Assembly: GCA_038231435.1 (NCBI GenBank)
Contig: JBBRLJ010000002.1
Coordinates: forward strand, 32,001-96,000
Source: Planctomycetota bacterium
Lineage (GTDB): Bacteria; Planctomycetota; UBA11346
DNA: 64,000 nt
Reading direction: 5' to 3'
Shown here: piece by piece, positions 48,484-59,461 of the stretch
How positions within the stretch are numbered: position 1 is the stretch's first letter
Layout: each line of letters opens with the position of its first letter
Position numbers and translations under genes: made by a program
Notes under the pieces: model-generated
Database searches by the model: none
The model's input: the letters and a program-made list of their open reading frames with translations, nothing else
Told to the model about the DNA's origin: nothing

Positions 48484-50787
48484 ATGCGGCACGTCCTCCA
48501 ATCCATCCTGCTGTCGTTCCTGCTGCTGCCGCTCGCGACACGCTGCCAAGCGCTCGAGGTCGAACTGGTCTCGCCGCTGGTCACCGTCACCAGCATCGCG
48601 GGAGAGGTTCCGGGCGGTGACAAGACCGTGCGCGCGCGCGTGATCGTGCCCGACGACGCGCCAGCGGATCTCGGCGTCGGCGCCTTCGTGACCGATCACC
48701 ACGGCCGCTGGTACCAGCGTTTGGCGGCCGGGACGCTCGCCCACGGTTCCCAGATGGTCGCGATCCGCCTCGGCGCGGCCGACAGCGTGCAGGGCGAGGA
48801 GCACGGCGGCGGCTGGAACTCCGCGGAATCGGCGAAGTCGGCGCGGGCCGGGCTGTTCTTCTGGTCAGCGAGCGCGAGCCGTGCGCGCCTGCGCGTGATG
48901 GATCTGCGCGCCGACGCAGCGGGTACGCCGGAGAAGCCCGGCGAACGCCTGCTCGAGCTCGAGGTCGGGGGTTTCGCGAACGGCGTGGCCACGGTGGCGA
49001 CCGGCGAGCGCTGGACCGTCTCCGTACTCCCTCAGCCGTTCCCCGCGAATCCATACGACCGCGACGAGTTCTCGCTCGATGCGGTGATCACCTTGCCGGA
49101 CGGCCACGAGAACCGCATTCCGGGATTCGCGATCCAGCCGATGCGCGGCGCCGATCGCGGCGATCGCGAGACGGTGTCTCCGGCTGGTCCGGCACGCTTC
49201 GCGATCCGCTTCAGGCCGCGCCAGCCGGGAGCGTACGCGGTGCGGCTCGAGGCGCGCTGGGGGGCGAAAGAAAGCGGCGGCAAGACCATGGCCGTTGCCA
49301 TGCAGCTGCCCAGACTGGTTGCGCGAGGCAAGTCGTGGGACGCGTACGTGCGCGTCGATCACGACGACCCGCGCTTCTTCGCCCTCGGCCCCGGCGGCAG
49401 CCTGGTCGGCGCAAACGGTGAGGGCCCAGCGAGCGGCTCGTCGTGGTGGTGGCCGATCGGCCCGAACCTGCGCTCGGTGTGGGATCTGCGCAGCCAGCAA
49501 TACCTGGGCACGGTGGTCACGCCCGACCGCGGGTCGCTGTCGTACCACGCGTATTTCGATCGGCTGGCCGCGAATGGAGTCGACGCCGTCGAGATCTGGA
49601 TGTGCTCCTGGAACCTGGCGCTCGAGTGGCGGGGCGACTGGCCGGGATTCTTCGGTAAGGGCCGCTACAACGAGGTCAACGCGTGGCGCATCGATAGGGT
49701 GCTCGACGATGCATGGGCTCACGGCATCCGCGTCAACCTTGTCATCTACAATCACGGCCAGGCCTCGGATCGCACCGACAAGGAATGGGACAACAATCCC
49801 TACAGCGTCGAGCGCGGCGGAAAGCTCAGGGATCCATCGCAGTTCTTCACCGATCCCGAGGCGCTGGCGGCGCAGGAGCGTTTGCGCACGTACATGGTCG
49901 CGCGCTGGGCCGATCACCCGGCGGTGATGGCGTGGAAGCTGTGGAGCGAGATCAACCTGACCGGCGCGGCGCAGAGCGAGGACACGCTGCGCCAATGGCA
50001 CGAGCACGCGACCGCGCGCTGGCACGAGCTCGACACCTACGGACATCCGTGCACCACGCATTGGGCCGGCGATTTCCGCTCTCCGCACCGTTCGATCGTG
50101 GCCCTGCCCGGCCTCGACTTCGTCTGCATCGACGCCTACCACGCGCCCGAGGGTGCGGGCGGCGGTACCCTGCTCGCCGAGCTCCTGGGCATGAGCACGG
50201 GCAGCGGTGAGGCACGACGCGGCGGCGGGCTGTCGCGCTACGGCAAGCCGGTGCTGGTGACCGAGTATGGCGGCAGCTGGGACGCCTGCTCCGGGCGTCA
50301 GATGGAGGCCGAGCACGCGAGCGGCGGATGGTCGGCGCTGGTCACCGGACACGCCGGAGCGCCGATGCTGTGGTGGTTCGAGTGGGTCGACCAGGGAAAC
50401 CGCTTCGCGCCCTATCGCGCGCTGTCGAGATTCCTCGCCGGCGAGGACAACCGCGTCCCGGCCGGCAGTTCCGTCCAGCTCTCCGCCACCGATCCGCCGC
50501 GCGAACTGTGGGCGCGCGCCTGGGCGCGGCCTGGGCGGATGCTCGGCTACGTGCTCGATCGGCGCTGGGGTGCGAGCGGCGAAGGCGACGATCCGCACGA
50601 GGGCGCGCAGGTCTCGCCATCCTCGCCGATCGCCGCCGGTCGACTGCTGCTCGAGTGGTGGAACGCCGACACCGGCGTCCGCATCCAAGCGCGGGAGATA
50701 TCTCACCCGGGCGGGCTCCTCGCGCTCGATCCGCCGCGATTCGTCCACCACATCGCGTTCAAGCTGATCCGCGTCAAGGATGGCTGA
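48484..50787 (+). CDS. Secreted DUF5060 plus GH5-like glycoside hydrolase
   Basis: Signal peptide; NPYD, RFRP..PG.Y; WSE (acid/base), VTEYG (nucleophile). Confidence 0.8.
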   Translation: MRHVLQSILLSFLLLPLATRCQALEVELVSPLVTVTSIAGEVPGGDKTVRARVIVPDDAPADLGVGAFVTDHHGRWYQRLAAGTLAHGSQMVAIRLGAADSVQGEEHGGGWNSAESAKSARAGLFFWSASASRARLRVMDLRADAAGTPEKPGERLLELEVGGFANGVATVATGERWTVSVLPQPFPANPYDRDEFSLDAVITLPDGHENRIPGFAIQPMRGADRGDRETVSPAGPARFAIRFRPRQPGAYAVRLEARWGAKESGGKTMAVAMQLPRLVARGKSWDAYVRVDHDDPRFFALGPGGSLVGANGEGPASGSSWWWPIGPNLRSVWDLRSQQYLGTVVTPDRGSLSYHAYFDRLAANGVDAVEIWMCSWNLALEWRGDWPGFFGKGRYNEVNAWRIDRVLDDAWAHGIRVNLVIYNHGQASDRTDKEWDNNPYSVERGGKLRDPSQFFTDPEALAAQERLRTYMVARWADHPAVMAWKLWSEINLTGAAQSEDTLRQWHEHATARWHELDTYGHPCTTHWAGDFRSPHRSIVALPGLDFVCIDAYHAPEGAGGGTLLAELLGMSTGSGEARRGGGLSRYGKPVLVTEYGGSWDACSGRQMEAEHASGGWSALVTGHAGAPMLWWFEWVDQGNRFAPYRALSRFLAGEDNRVPAGSSVQLSATDPPRELWARAWARPGRMLGYVLDRRWGASGEGDDPHEGAQVSPSSPIAAGRLLLEWWNADTGVRIQAREISHPGGLLALDPPRFVHHIAFKLIRVKDG

Positions 50788-50884
50788 GAGAGATTGGTGC
50801 GCGGCGCGGCGTACGGCGAAGTCGCTCCACTCGCGCCGTCCTCGCCGTACGCCGCTCGTCGCACACCGCACATCCGCATAGGCC

Positions 50885-51490
50885 ATGCGGAAGACGGCGT
50901 ATCGTGATGCCATGCATCCCCTCCTCCGCCGCGCCGTGCTGGTCTTGCGCCGCTCAATCGCTGTCTGCTGGTCGTTGTCCTGGTGGACCACGGCGGGACT
51001 GCGCGACCGACGCACGCGGCCGACCGGCATGCGCCTGCTGGTCCTCGGCCTGCTGGTCGGCGCGCTGGTCGGCTGGAGCAACGGCAAGATCATCCACGTC
51101 ATCCAGGAGAAGGAGCTGCCCAGGCCGGTGACGCCGCCTCCGGCGGGCGCCACCTGGGCGCGGGTCATGACTACCGGCTACTGTCCGTGTTGGCGTTGCT
51201 GCGGTTTGGAGGCGAACGGCCACACCTCCATCAATCGGGACGTCTCGACGCATCCCTTCGGGCTCGCCAGCGACCCGGGCATGATGCCCTACCATACCGA
51301 GCTGCAGATACCCGGTTACGGCCAGGCGGAGGTCGACGACACCGGCGGACGCATGCGACAGGATGCCCGGAAGGACCTGTTCCACCTGGATCTTCGCTTC
51401 GTGACCCATGAAGAGGCACAGCGCTGGGGGGTGCGCTGGATGTGGATCGCCGTACCCAGGGACTCCAAGGCGGCCGCCCTGGCTCCGTGA
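50885..51490 (+). CDS. 3D-domain (MltA-like) protein
   Basis: TM; TGYCPC..CCG, ASDP, IPGYG...DDTGG, LDL. Confidence 0.85.
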   Translation: MRKTAYRDAMHPLLRRAVLVLRRSIAVCWSLSWWTTAGLRDRRTRPTGMRLLVLGLLVGALVGWSNGKIIHVIQEKELPRPVTPPPAGATWARVMTTGYCPCWRCCGLEANGHTSINRDVSTHPFGLASDPGMMPYHTELQIPGYGQAEVDDTGGRMRQDARKDLFHLDLRFVTHEEAQRWGVRWMWIAVPRDSKAAALAP

Positions 51491-51785
51491 CGCGCTGGAT
51501 GCTCCCCGGCCGCGGCTGGGCCAGCGCCAGCCGGGAAAAGCGCGCTGAAAATCAGCGTCCGGGGTGCTGGCCGAGGGTCCAGCCGGGACCCATAGAGCTT
51601 GACCCGAAGCTCGACGGGACTATCTTTTCACCCCTCACTATCGGTGACTCTGCCGAGCGTGGGCCGTCTGGCTCACGCTTTTTTCATCTCTGCCTTCCAT
51701 CCGGAAGCCCAGGGATCGGCCGAGACGCCCGGTTGAACCCCTCCTCACGACCTCCCCCAACGATCAAGCACCGACGAGACCCGCC

Positions 51786-53126
51786 ATGTTCAACGGTACC
51801 CAGCTGCTGCAGCGCGTCGATCTCCTGGCCCGCGAGCGCGGCCTCGACAAGAACGTCATCCTCGACCACATCGAGAAGGCCCTCCTCCAGGCGGCGCAGA
51901 AGCGCTTCGACGCCACCGGCGATTTCACCCTGACCATCGACCGCGAGACCGGCGAGATGCGCGCGTTCGAGGACGACAAGCCCGTCGACCTCGAAGCCCT
52001 CGGCCGCATCGTCGCCAACATCGCCAAGCAGGTGTTCGTGCAGGCGCTCAAGGAATCCGAGCGCGACATGATCTACACGGAGTTCGCGACCCGTGAGCAC
52101 ACCGTGACGTCCGGCACCGTGATGCGCGAGGAGCGCGGCATGATCATCGTCTCGCTCGGCCGCACCGAGGCGATCCTGCCCCGCGAGGAGCAGATCCCCG
52201 GCGAGGTCTACCGCCCCGGTTCCGTCGTTCGCGCCTACGTGCTCTCGGTCGGCAAGAAGGGCCAGCGCGTGCGCATCGTGCTCTCGCGCACCCACAGCAA
52301 CTTCGTCAAGGAGCTGTTCAAGGCCGAGATCCCCGAGATCGCCGACGGCCTGATCGAGATCAAGGGCATCGTGCGCGAGCCCGGCCGCCGCACCAAGATC
52401 GCCGTCGCCACCACCGATCCGCGCATCGACCCGGTCGGTTCGTGCGTCGGCATGCGCGGCAGCCGCATCACCAAGGTCACCGACGAGCTCGGCGGCGAGA
52501 AGATCGACATCATCCCGTGGGCCGAGGATCCGGCGCAGTTCATCGAGAACTCGCTCAAGCCCGCGCGCGTGCTGCGCATCAGCTACGATCACTTCCGCGA
52601 TCGCGCGCGCGTGGTCGTCAGCCAGGACCAGCTCCCGCTCGCGATCGGCAAGGCCGGCCAGAACGTGCGCCTCTCGGCGCGCCTGACCCGCTACAAGATC
52701 GACGTCATGTCGGAAGAGAACGCCGCCAAGGCGCGCCAGGCGGGCAGCGAGCAGCTCCAGCAGCTGATCGACGCCGGCCTGATGAATGACTTCCTGCGCG
52801 AGACCTTCCTCGACAACCACCTCGATTCGCTGGCCGCACTCGCGGCGCAGACGCCGGAACGCATCGTCGAAGCCCTCGAGGAGCACAAGATCGAGCTCGA
52901 CCAAGCCAAGAAGCTGGTCGAACGCGCGAACGAGCTGCTCACCGACGAGCAGAAGGCCGAGCGCGACATGATCGTCGAGCGCCGTCAGCAGGTCGAGCGC
53001 GAGCAGGCCGAGGAGGCCGCGCGCGCGATCGCCGCCGCCGAGGCCGAGGCCGCCGCGGCCAACCAGACCGCAGGCATCCCCCTCACTCCCGACAGCCCGG
53101 TCAACGTCCAGGCCCCGAACGCCTGA
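51786..53126 (+). CDS. nusA: Transcription termination/antitermination factor NusA
   Basis: S1 and KH domains: EIPEI.DG, REPG.RTKIAV, DPVG.CVG.RG, AIGK.GQNVRL. Confidence 0.97.
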   Translation: MFNGTQLLQRVDLLARERGLDKNVILDHIEKALLQAAQKRFDATGDFTLTIDRETGEMRAFEDDKPVDLEALGRIVANIAKQVFVQALKESERDMIYTEFATREHTVTSGTVMREERGMIIVSLGRTEAILPREEQIPGEVYRPGSVVRAYVLSVGKKGQRVRIVLSRTHSNFVKELFKAEIPEIADGLIEIKGIVREPGRRTKIAVATTDPRIDPVGSCVGMRGSRITKVTDELGGEKIDIIPWAEDPAQFIENSLKPARVLRISYDHFRDRARVVVSQDQLPLAIGKAGQNVRLSARLTRYKIDVMSEENAAKARQAGSEQLQQLIDAGLMNDFLRETFLDNHLDSLAALAAQTPERIVEALEEHKIELDQAKKLVERANELLTDEQKAERDMIVERRQQVEREQAEEAARAIAAAEAEAAAANQTAGIPLTPDSPVNVQAPNA

Positions 53127-53206
53127 GCTTGATCGGCCATCCGCCCCGTGATCCTACCGCCCCTTCCATCACCGTCCGCACGTAAGAGCCCTAGAGACCG
53201 TCGCAT

Positions 53207-56161
53207 ATGAAGCTCAGTGAGCTGGCCCAGGAATATAATCTCGAAGCCGACCTCCTCCGCGAGGTCGTCGAGCAGGATTTGTCGATCCCGTTGAAGCAAG
53301 GTCCGGACACCGTGCTGAAGCCGGCCGAGATCGCGCGCATCCTCGCCTGCGACGGCCTCGAGACCGCCGACGGCAAGCCGTTCACGCCGATCATCGCCAA
53401 GGAATTCGAGGACAAGCACAAGCGTTCGCTCGCCGCCAAGAAGGCCGCCGAGACGCGCAAGAAGAAGCTCGAGAAGGAGTCCGAAGACAAGAAGAAGCAG
53501 GAATCGGTCAAGGTCGAGGTCGAGCGCGCCAAACACCAGACCGAGCTCGAGCGCCGCCGCATCGAGGAAGAGGCGCGCATGGCCTCGCAGGAGGAGGCCG
53601 AGAAGAAGCGCATCGAGGCCGAGGCCCGCGCCGTGCAGGACGCCGAGGAGGCGCGCATCACCGCCGAGCAGGAGCTCCAGCGCCGCGAAGCCGAATCCCG
53701 CCGCATCTCCGCCGAATTCTCAGCGATCAGGCAGGTCCAGGCCAACGCCAACTCGTCGACCACGACCACCGCCGCCCCAGCCGAGCCCCACGGCACCAGC
53801 ACTGGCGAACCGGTGGTCGATCGCGCGCCCGCGGCGACACCGACCGCGCCGACCGACAGCGGCACCACTGTCGCCCCGACCCAGCCCACCGCGCCGACCG
53901 CGCCCGCGCCCACGCCAGAGGTGGCGGCCAAGATCAAGGGGCTCGGCAGCAAGCTCGGCAGCATCGCCAAGGCCACGCACGACAAATCCGACCACAGCAC
54001 CAAGGCCATCCCCAAGGCGCCCGGCGCCGACGCCAAGACACCGGCCCCCGCCGGCCCCGAGGTCGCGCTGAGCGCCGAGGATCGCCGCAAGCTCATCCAA
54101 GCGAACATCGCCCGCAATCTGGACATGGCCAAGCGCGTGCAGATGGCGAAGCAGACCAACAAGAAAAAGCCCGGCTTCGCGCCCATCGATCGCACCAAGA
54201 CGCCAGGACCCGCGCGTCCGGGCGGCCCCAATCGTTCAGGTCCCGGCGGCAAGCCGGGCGGGCCGCCGCGTCCAGGACGCGGGCCCAAGCGCGACAGCAA
54301 GGACCACCGCACCGAGCAGGAGATCGCCGACGAAGCCGCCGGCAAGGCAGGCCGACGCTGGAAGTCCACGCTCGACGAGGACATCTCGGGCGTCACCGAG
54401 TTCAGCGTCGCGCTGCCCTGCACGCTGCGCGAATTCTCCGAGGCATCGGGCGTCAAGGCCTCGATCGTCATCGCCAAGCTCTTCATGGCCGGCGTCATGG
54501 CCAACATCAACTCGGTCCTCGAGAAGGATGCCATCGAGCTGCTCGCCCAGGAATTCAAGAAGACGGTGCACATCACCGAGGCCAAGGACGTCGTCGCCGA
54601 GGTCGAGGAACAAGCCGCCGCGATCGAGGATAAGCCCGAGGATCTCGCGCCGCGTCCGCCGATCGTCACCATCATGGGCCACGTCGACCACGGCAAGACC
54701 TCGCTGCTCGACGCGATCCGCAAGACCAACCTCACCGAGGGCGAGGCCGGCGGCATCACCCAGCACATCGGCGCCTACACGGTCACCACCGCGTCGGGCT
54801 TGGATGTCACCTTCATCGACACGCCCGGCCATGAGGCCTTCACCGAGATGCGCGCCCGCGGCGCCCAGGTCACCGACATCGTCGTGATCGTGGTCGCCGC
54901 CGACGACGGCGTGATGCCGCAGACGGTCGAAGCGATCAACCACGCGAAGGCCGCTGGCGTCGCGATCGTGGTCGCGATGAACAAGATCGACAAGCCAGGC
55001 ATCGATAAGGAGAAGGTCATCCGTCAGCTCGCCGAGAACGGCCTGCAGGGCGAGGAATGGGGCGGCGAGGTCGGCATCATCGGCACCAGCGCCACCACCG
55101 GCCAGGGCATCGACGAACTGCTCGAGCGTCTGTCGCTCGAGGCCGACGTGCTCGAGCTCAAGGCCAACCACTTCGCCAGCGCCTCGGGTGTGGTCATCGA
55201 AGCGCACCGCAACGAGGGCCAGGGCGTCACCGCCACGCTGCTCGTGTCGCGCGGCAGCCTCGCCATCGGCGACGTCGTGCTCGCCGGAGTCGGCTACGGC
55301 AAGGTCCGCAACATGAGCAATTGGAAGAACGAGCGCATCGAGCTCGCCGGTCCGAGCCATGCCGTCGAGATCATCGGCCTGAATGAGATGCCCCGCGCCG
55401 GCGACCGTTTCGCAGTGCTCGAGGATCTGGTCGAGGCGGCGGATGCCGCCCAGGCCCGCCAGCAGGCGCAGCGCGAGAAGGAGCTGGCCGCGCGCCAGAA
55501 GACCACCACCGCGGCCTCGATCTTCGGCGACATCGCGCATTCGAAGAAGAAGGAAGTGCGCCTAGTCGTGAAGGCGGATGCCGCCGGCTCGATCGAAGTA
55601 CTGAACAAGACCATCGCCGACCTCGCCACCGAAGACGTGCGGGTGACCATCATCCACTCGGGCGTGGGCGGCATCAATTCGTCGGACGTTACCCTCGCCT
55701 CGGCCTCGAAAGCACTGATCTTCGGCTTCCACGTCATCGCCGACAGCAAGGCGAGGTCGTTGGCCGAGCAGAACGGCCTCGAGATCTTCACCTTCACCAT
55801 CATCTACGAGTTGCTCGACCACCTGCGCATGGCCATGACCGGCCTGCTCGATCCCGAGGTGCGCGAGACCGTCATCGGCCACGCCGATGTCCGCAACACC
55901 TTCAACATCACCAAGGTGGGCGTGGTCGCCGGCCTGTTCATCACCGACGGCCGCGTCCTGCGCGACGCCTTCATGCGCATCACCCGCGACCAGAAGATTC
56001 TGCACACCGGCAAGGTCGGCTCGCTGCGCCGCTTCAAGGAAGACGTCAAGGAAGTGAAGCAGGACTTCGAATGCGGCCTGACGATCGAAGCCTTCCAGGA
56101 CGTGAAGGTCGGCGACGTGATGGAATTCTTCACCCGCGAGAAGGTCGCCCGGAAGCTGTAA
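53207..56161 (+). CDS. infB: Translation initiation factor IF-2
   Basis: [30 protein letters not shown]. Confidence 0.98.
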   Translation: MKLSELAQEYNLEADLLREVVEQDLSIPLKQGPDTVLKPAEIARILACDGLETADGKPFTPIIAKEFEDKHKRSLAAKKAAETRKKKLEKESEDKKKQESVKVEVERAKHQTELERRRIEEEARMASQEEAEKKRIEAEARAVQDAEEARITAEQELQRREAESRRISAEFSAIRQVQANANSSTTTTAAPAEPHGTSTGEPVVDRAPAATPTAPTDSGTTVAPTQPTAPTAPAPTPEVAAKIKGLGSKLGSIAKATHDKSDHSTKAIPKAPGADAKTPAPAGPEVALSAEDRRKLIQANIARNLDMAKRVQMAKQTNKKKPGFAPIDRTKTPGPARPGGPNRSGPGGKPGGPPRPGRGPKRDSKDHRTEQEIADEAAGKAGRRWKSTLDEDISGVTEFSVALPCTLREFSEASGVKASIVIAKLFMAGVMANINSVLEKDAIELLAQEFKKTVHITEAKDVVAEVEEQAAAIEDKPEDLAPRPPIVTIMGHVDHGKTSLLDAIRKTNLTEGEAGGITQHIGAYTVTTASGLDVTFIDTPGHEAFTEMRARGAQVTDIVVIVVAADDGVMPQTVEAINHAKAAGVAIVVAMNKIDKPGIDKEKVIRQLAENGLQGEEWGGEVGIIGTSATTGQGIDELLERLSLEADVLELKANHFASASGVVIEAHRNEGQGVTATLLVSRGSLAIGDVVLAGVGYGKVRNMSNWKNERIELAGPSHAVEIIGLNEMPRAGDRFAVLEDLVEAADAAQARQQAQREKELAARQKTTTAASIFGDIAHSKKKEVRLVVKADAAGSIEVLNKTIADLATEDVRVTIIHSGVGGINSSDVTLASASKALIFGFHVIADSKARSLAEQNGLEIFTFTIIYELLDHLRMAMTGLLDPEVRETVIGHADVRNTFNITKVGVVAGLFITDGRVLRDAFMRITRDQKILHTGKVGSLRRFKEDVKEVKQDFECGLTIEAFQDVKVGDVMEFFTREKVARKL

Positions 56162-56256
56162 CAATCGTGCGGTGTGCGGTGTGCGGGAAAGACTCGAAGC
56201 CCACGCTGCACCCCCGCAAGCCGCTCCCCCACTTCCTCTGTGCGCGAGACGCCTCC

Positions 56257-56691
56257 ATGCCCGATAAAAAAGGCGCCAGCCGCCAGGCTCGCCTCGCTTC
56301 ACTGCTCCACCGCGAGATCGCGACCTGCGTGCAGCAGGAGCTGCGCGATCCGCGGCTAGGCTTCATCACCGTGATCCGCGTCGAGGTGAGCGCCGACCTG
56401 CACCAGGTGAAGGCGTTCTACACCGTGCTCGGGGACCTCGCGCAGCGCAAGCTGGCCGCCAAGGCGCTCGAGCAGGCGCGCGGCTTCGTGCAGAATAGCT
56501 ATGCCGGGGTGGTGAAGACCCGCTTGCTGCCGACGCTATCGTTCGCGTACGACGACGCCGAGGAGCGCCGCCACAGCATGGACGACCTGATCCGCCAGGC
56601 GCGATCCACCGATACCGATGGCGGCAGCACTCCGACACCGCCCTCGCCGGACGCCACCAAGGCCACCGGGCCGGATCCGATCGCGCCCTAA
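56257..56691 (+). CDS. rbfA: Ribosome-binding factor A
   Basis: LRDPRLGFITV..VEVSADL; follows infB. Confidence 0.93.
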   Translation: MPDKKGASRQARLASLLHREIATCVQQELRDPRLGFITVIRVEVSADLHQVKAFYTVLGDLAQRKLAAKALEQARGFVQNSYAGVVKTRLLPTLSFAYDDAEERRHSMDDLIRQARSTDTDGGSTPTPPSPDATKATGPDPIAP

Positions 56692-56820
56692 GCTACGTCA
56701 GCTACGTCGCCTCGGCGATTTTATCCGATCCCAGCTGATCGGCGACCGAGAGTCGAGACCGCACGGCGCGACGCTTTTCCTGGCTTCGGCTGGGTTACGC
56801 TGCAGGCCATGGAGGTTCCC

Positions 56821-57237
56821 ATGCGTTGGATCCGCCCGCTCTCGTTCGCATCCGCCGTACTCGCGACCGCCGTCACGGCCGGCTGCGGCGTCAAGGACGA
56901 CATCGATCTCACCTTCAATCGCGGGCTGCGCTCGGAGCCAGAGCCGCCTACGAATCTGGTGCCGCTGACCCTGAGCTTCGATGTGGTCAACGATTCGACG
57001 GTAGCCGTCGACAACGTCGAATGGGTGATCAACCGCGACGGCGCGCTGTTCCGCAGCGGATCCTTCGCGCACATCCGCAGGGCGGATTACGACTTCGACT
57101 CGGTCTCATTCACCGAGACAGCTGGCGACCACGTTTATGAACTGGTCATCGATCCCGCGAACAGGATCCGCGAGCGCGACGAGGACGACAACGCCTCGGT
57201 GATCAAGGTGACGGTACCGCCCGGCGGAACGGGGTAA
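56821..57237 (+). CDS. Lipoprotein with CARDB-like domain
   Basis: GGAGG RBS; TAGC lipobox; IDPANRIRE.DE.DN. Confidence 0.8.
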   Translation: MRWIRPLSFASAVLATAVTAGCGVKDDIDLTFNRGLRSEPEPPTNLVPLTLSFDVVNDSTVAVDNVEWVINRDGALFRSGSFAHIRRADYDFDSVSFTETAGDHVYELVIDPANRIRERDEDDNASVIKVTVPPGGTG

Positions 57238-57392
57238 TGAAGAGCGTCCGACATCCGTGGTCCGTCGCCGACTGCGGACAGCTACCGCATAGGCGCGGTG
57301 GAGTAGACCCGTCGGTTGTCGACGACGGACGACGGACCATACGACTCGCGCGCATTTCTGGCCTTCCCCCGTCTGCCCGGTAGCGTGCCGCC

Positions 57393-58379
57393 ATGTCGAT
57401 GACCGCCGTGATCGGAACCGGCAGCTGGGGCACTGCCGCCGCGGTGATGACGGCGCGCGGCGGTGGCTCGGTGGTTCTGTACGGCCGCGATCCGGCCAAG
57501 GTCGCCGCCATTGCCACATCGCGCCGGCACGAGCACCTGGGCGACACCGAGCTACCGGCCGGGATCCTGGTGACCTCTGATGCCGCCAGGCTGTCCGACG
57601 CCGATCTCGTGCTGTGGGCGGTGCCGACCCAATACACCCGGGCACTGGCGCGGACCCTCGCGCCCAGCCTGCGCGGCGACGCCAAGGTGGTGTCGCTGAG
57701 CAAGGGTGTCGAGCAAGGCACCCTGGCGCGCGTCACCGAGGTGTTGGCCGCCGAGCTCGGGCAGCGGGCCTATGGCTGCCTGTCCGGGCCCAGCCACGCG
57801 CTGGAAGCCGTGTCCGGACTGCCGCTGTGCCTGGTGGTCGCTGGACCGTCCGCGCTCTGCGCAGAGACCCAGCGCCGTCTGCATGCCCCGCGCTGCCGAC
57901 TCTACACCTCCGCCGATCTGCTCGGCGTCGAGCTTGGCGGAGCCCTGAAGAATGTGGTCGCCGTCGCCGCCGGCATCTGCGAGGGCCTCGGATTCGGCGA
58001 CAACACCAAGGCGGCGATGATCACGCGCGGTCTCGCCGAGATGCGCCGCCTCGGCCGGGCGATGGGCGCGAACGACGTGACCTTCGCCGGCATGGCCGGC
58101 GTCGGCGATCTCATGACGACGTGCTACAGCCGGCATGGGCGCAACCGCGCGCTCGGCTTGGCGATCGCGCGTGGCGAAAATCCCCTGGAAATATTGAAAC
58201 GATTGCACACTGTAGCCGAAGGCGCCTGGACCAGCCGTTCCGCGGTCGAGCTCGGGCGCCGACACCATGTGGAGCTGCCCATCGCTTCACAGGTGGCATC
58301 CGTGATCTGGGATGCTAAACCTGTGCCCTTCGCGATGGAGCAGCTCCTCGCACGCGCACCCAAGGAAGAAGACGCATGA
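57393..58379 (+). CDS. gpsA: NAD(P)H-dependent glycerol-3-phosphate dehydrogenase
   Basis: GTGSWGTA, SGPSHA, GGALKNV, G.GDL..TC...RNR. Confidence 0.95.
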   Translation: MSMTAVIGTGSWGTAAAVMTARGGGSVVLYGRDPAKVAAIATSRRHEHLGDTELPAGILVTSDAARLSDADLVLWAVPTQYTRALARTLAPSLRGDAKVVSLSKGVEQGTLARVTEVLAAELGQRAYGCLSGPSHALEAVSGLPLCLVVAGPSALCAETQRRLHAPRCRLYTSADLLGVELGGALKNVVAVAAGICEGLGFGDNTKAAMITRGLAEMRRLGRAMGANDVTFAGMAGVGDLMTTCYSRHGRNRALGLAIARGENPLEILKRLHTVAEGAWTSRSAVELGRRHHVELPIASQVASVIWDAKPVPFAMEQLLARAPKEEDA

Positions 58380-59284
58380 ACATTCAGGCCACCGGTTTCC
58401 GACTGACCTACCTCGCTTCGCTCGCGCTCGTCGCGGGTGTCGCCAGCCATGCCGGCGCCGCGGTCTCCAGCATCGACCCCGAGCAGCAGCGCGTTCCCGA
58501 CGACCTCGTGCTCAAGGCGGAATTCCTGAGCAAGCTGGTCGACCAGGGCCGCATCCGCAACGACGACGCCACCGCGCACGTCGGCGGCGTCGCTCGCATC
58601 GGCTGGGAGGTCCCCGGATCGAAGCAGGGCATCGGCGTCCAGGTCGACGGTTACTTCGCGGTCGGCGAGGACCAGGCCACCACTCCCAAGACCAGCCCCG
58701 GCGAGATGGTCGAATTCAACGGCAAGCTCTCGTACGTGTACGAGGCCCTGGACGCGGGCGACATCCCGATGTTCCAGATCATCCCCCACTTCGAGTTCAT
58801 CACGTATCCCAACGTCGCCGAGCGTCAGAACTATCTCAAGTACCGGCAGAACTATGTCGGCGCCGACGCGTGGTACTGCCTGCCTTGGGAAGGCATCGAG
58901 ATCGGCGGCGGCGCCGATTGGAACATGAGCAGCCAAGCGCACATGTTCCGCGCTGCCGCTGGCGCGCGCGAGTTCTACCAAGATGCGCCGTTCGACCTCT
59001 CGGCCTGGCAGCTGCTCAATTTCGGCAACAAGGAGTACAAGCGCTACTTCGCAGGCTCCGGCGCGCCCCCGCCCGCGCCCGCGGGCGTCGATCGCGGTGG
59101 CTTCACCACCATCGACGTCGGCGCCAAGGTGACCCTGCCCCTGCCGTGGAATGAACTGTGGACCTTCGTCCAGGCGGACGCCGTCTACTGGGTCGACGCC
59201 AAGGATCGTCGCAATCTCAACAATGCCGGCGTGGACGTCGGCGACTTCGTGATCTCGATCGGCGCTGAATGGCGGCCGGAATAG
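58376..59284 (+). CDS. Putative outer-membrane protein
   Basis: Signal peptide; aromatic-rich alternating strands; ATGA overlap with gpsA. Confidence 0.7.
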   Translation: MNIQATGFRLTYLASLALVAGVASHAGAAVSSIDPEQQRVPDDLVLKAEFLSKLVDQGRIRNDDATAHVGGVARIGWEVPGSKQGIGVQVDGYFAVGEDQATTPKTSPGEMVEFNGKLSYVYEALDAGDIPMFQIIPHFEFITYPNVAERQNYLKYRQNYVGADAWYCLPWEGIEIGGGADWNMSSQAHMFRAAAGAREFYQDAPFDLSAWQLLNFGNKEYKRYFAGSGAPPPAPAGVDRGGFTTIDVGAKVTLPLPWNELWTFVQADAVYWVDAKDRRNLNNAGVDVGDFVISIGAEWRPE

Positions 59285-59461
59285 GCCTGCCGAGATAGGC
59301 CGGCCTAAGCCGTCCAAGCGACGCAATCTCGCATCTCGCGACCGCCGGCCTACGCCGGCGGTCGCGGTGTTTCCGGGGCTAGGTAGACGGCACGACGTAC
59401 GCGCCCGATCGTTCGCCGAGCCATGTATGGCGCCCTGCCCTTGCCACGGTACATACCCTCC

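Noticed and set aside
48865..51168. Long antisense ORFs (also 34517-36679, 51684-52904, 53191-54768)
   Set aside because: Typical high-GC antisense shadows of clearly identifiable genes
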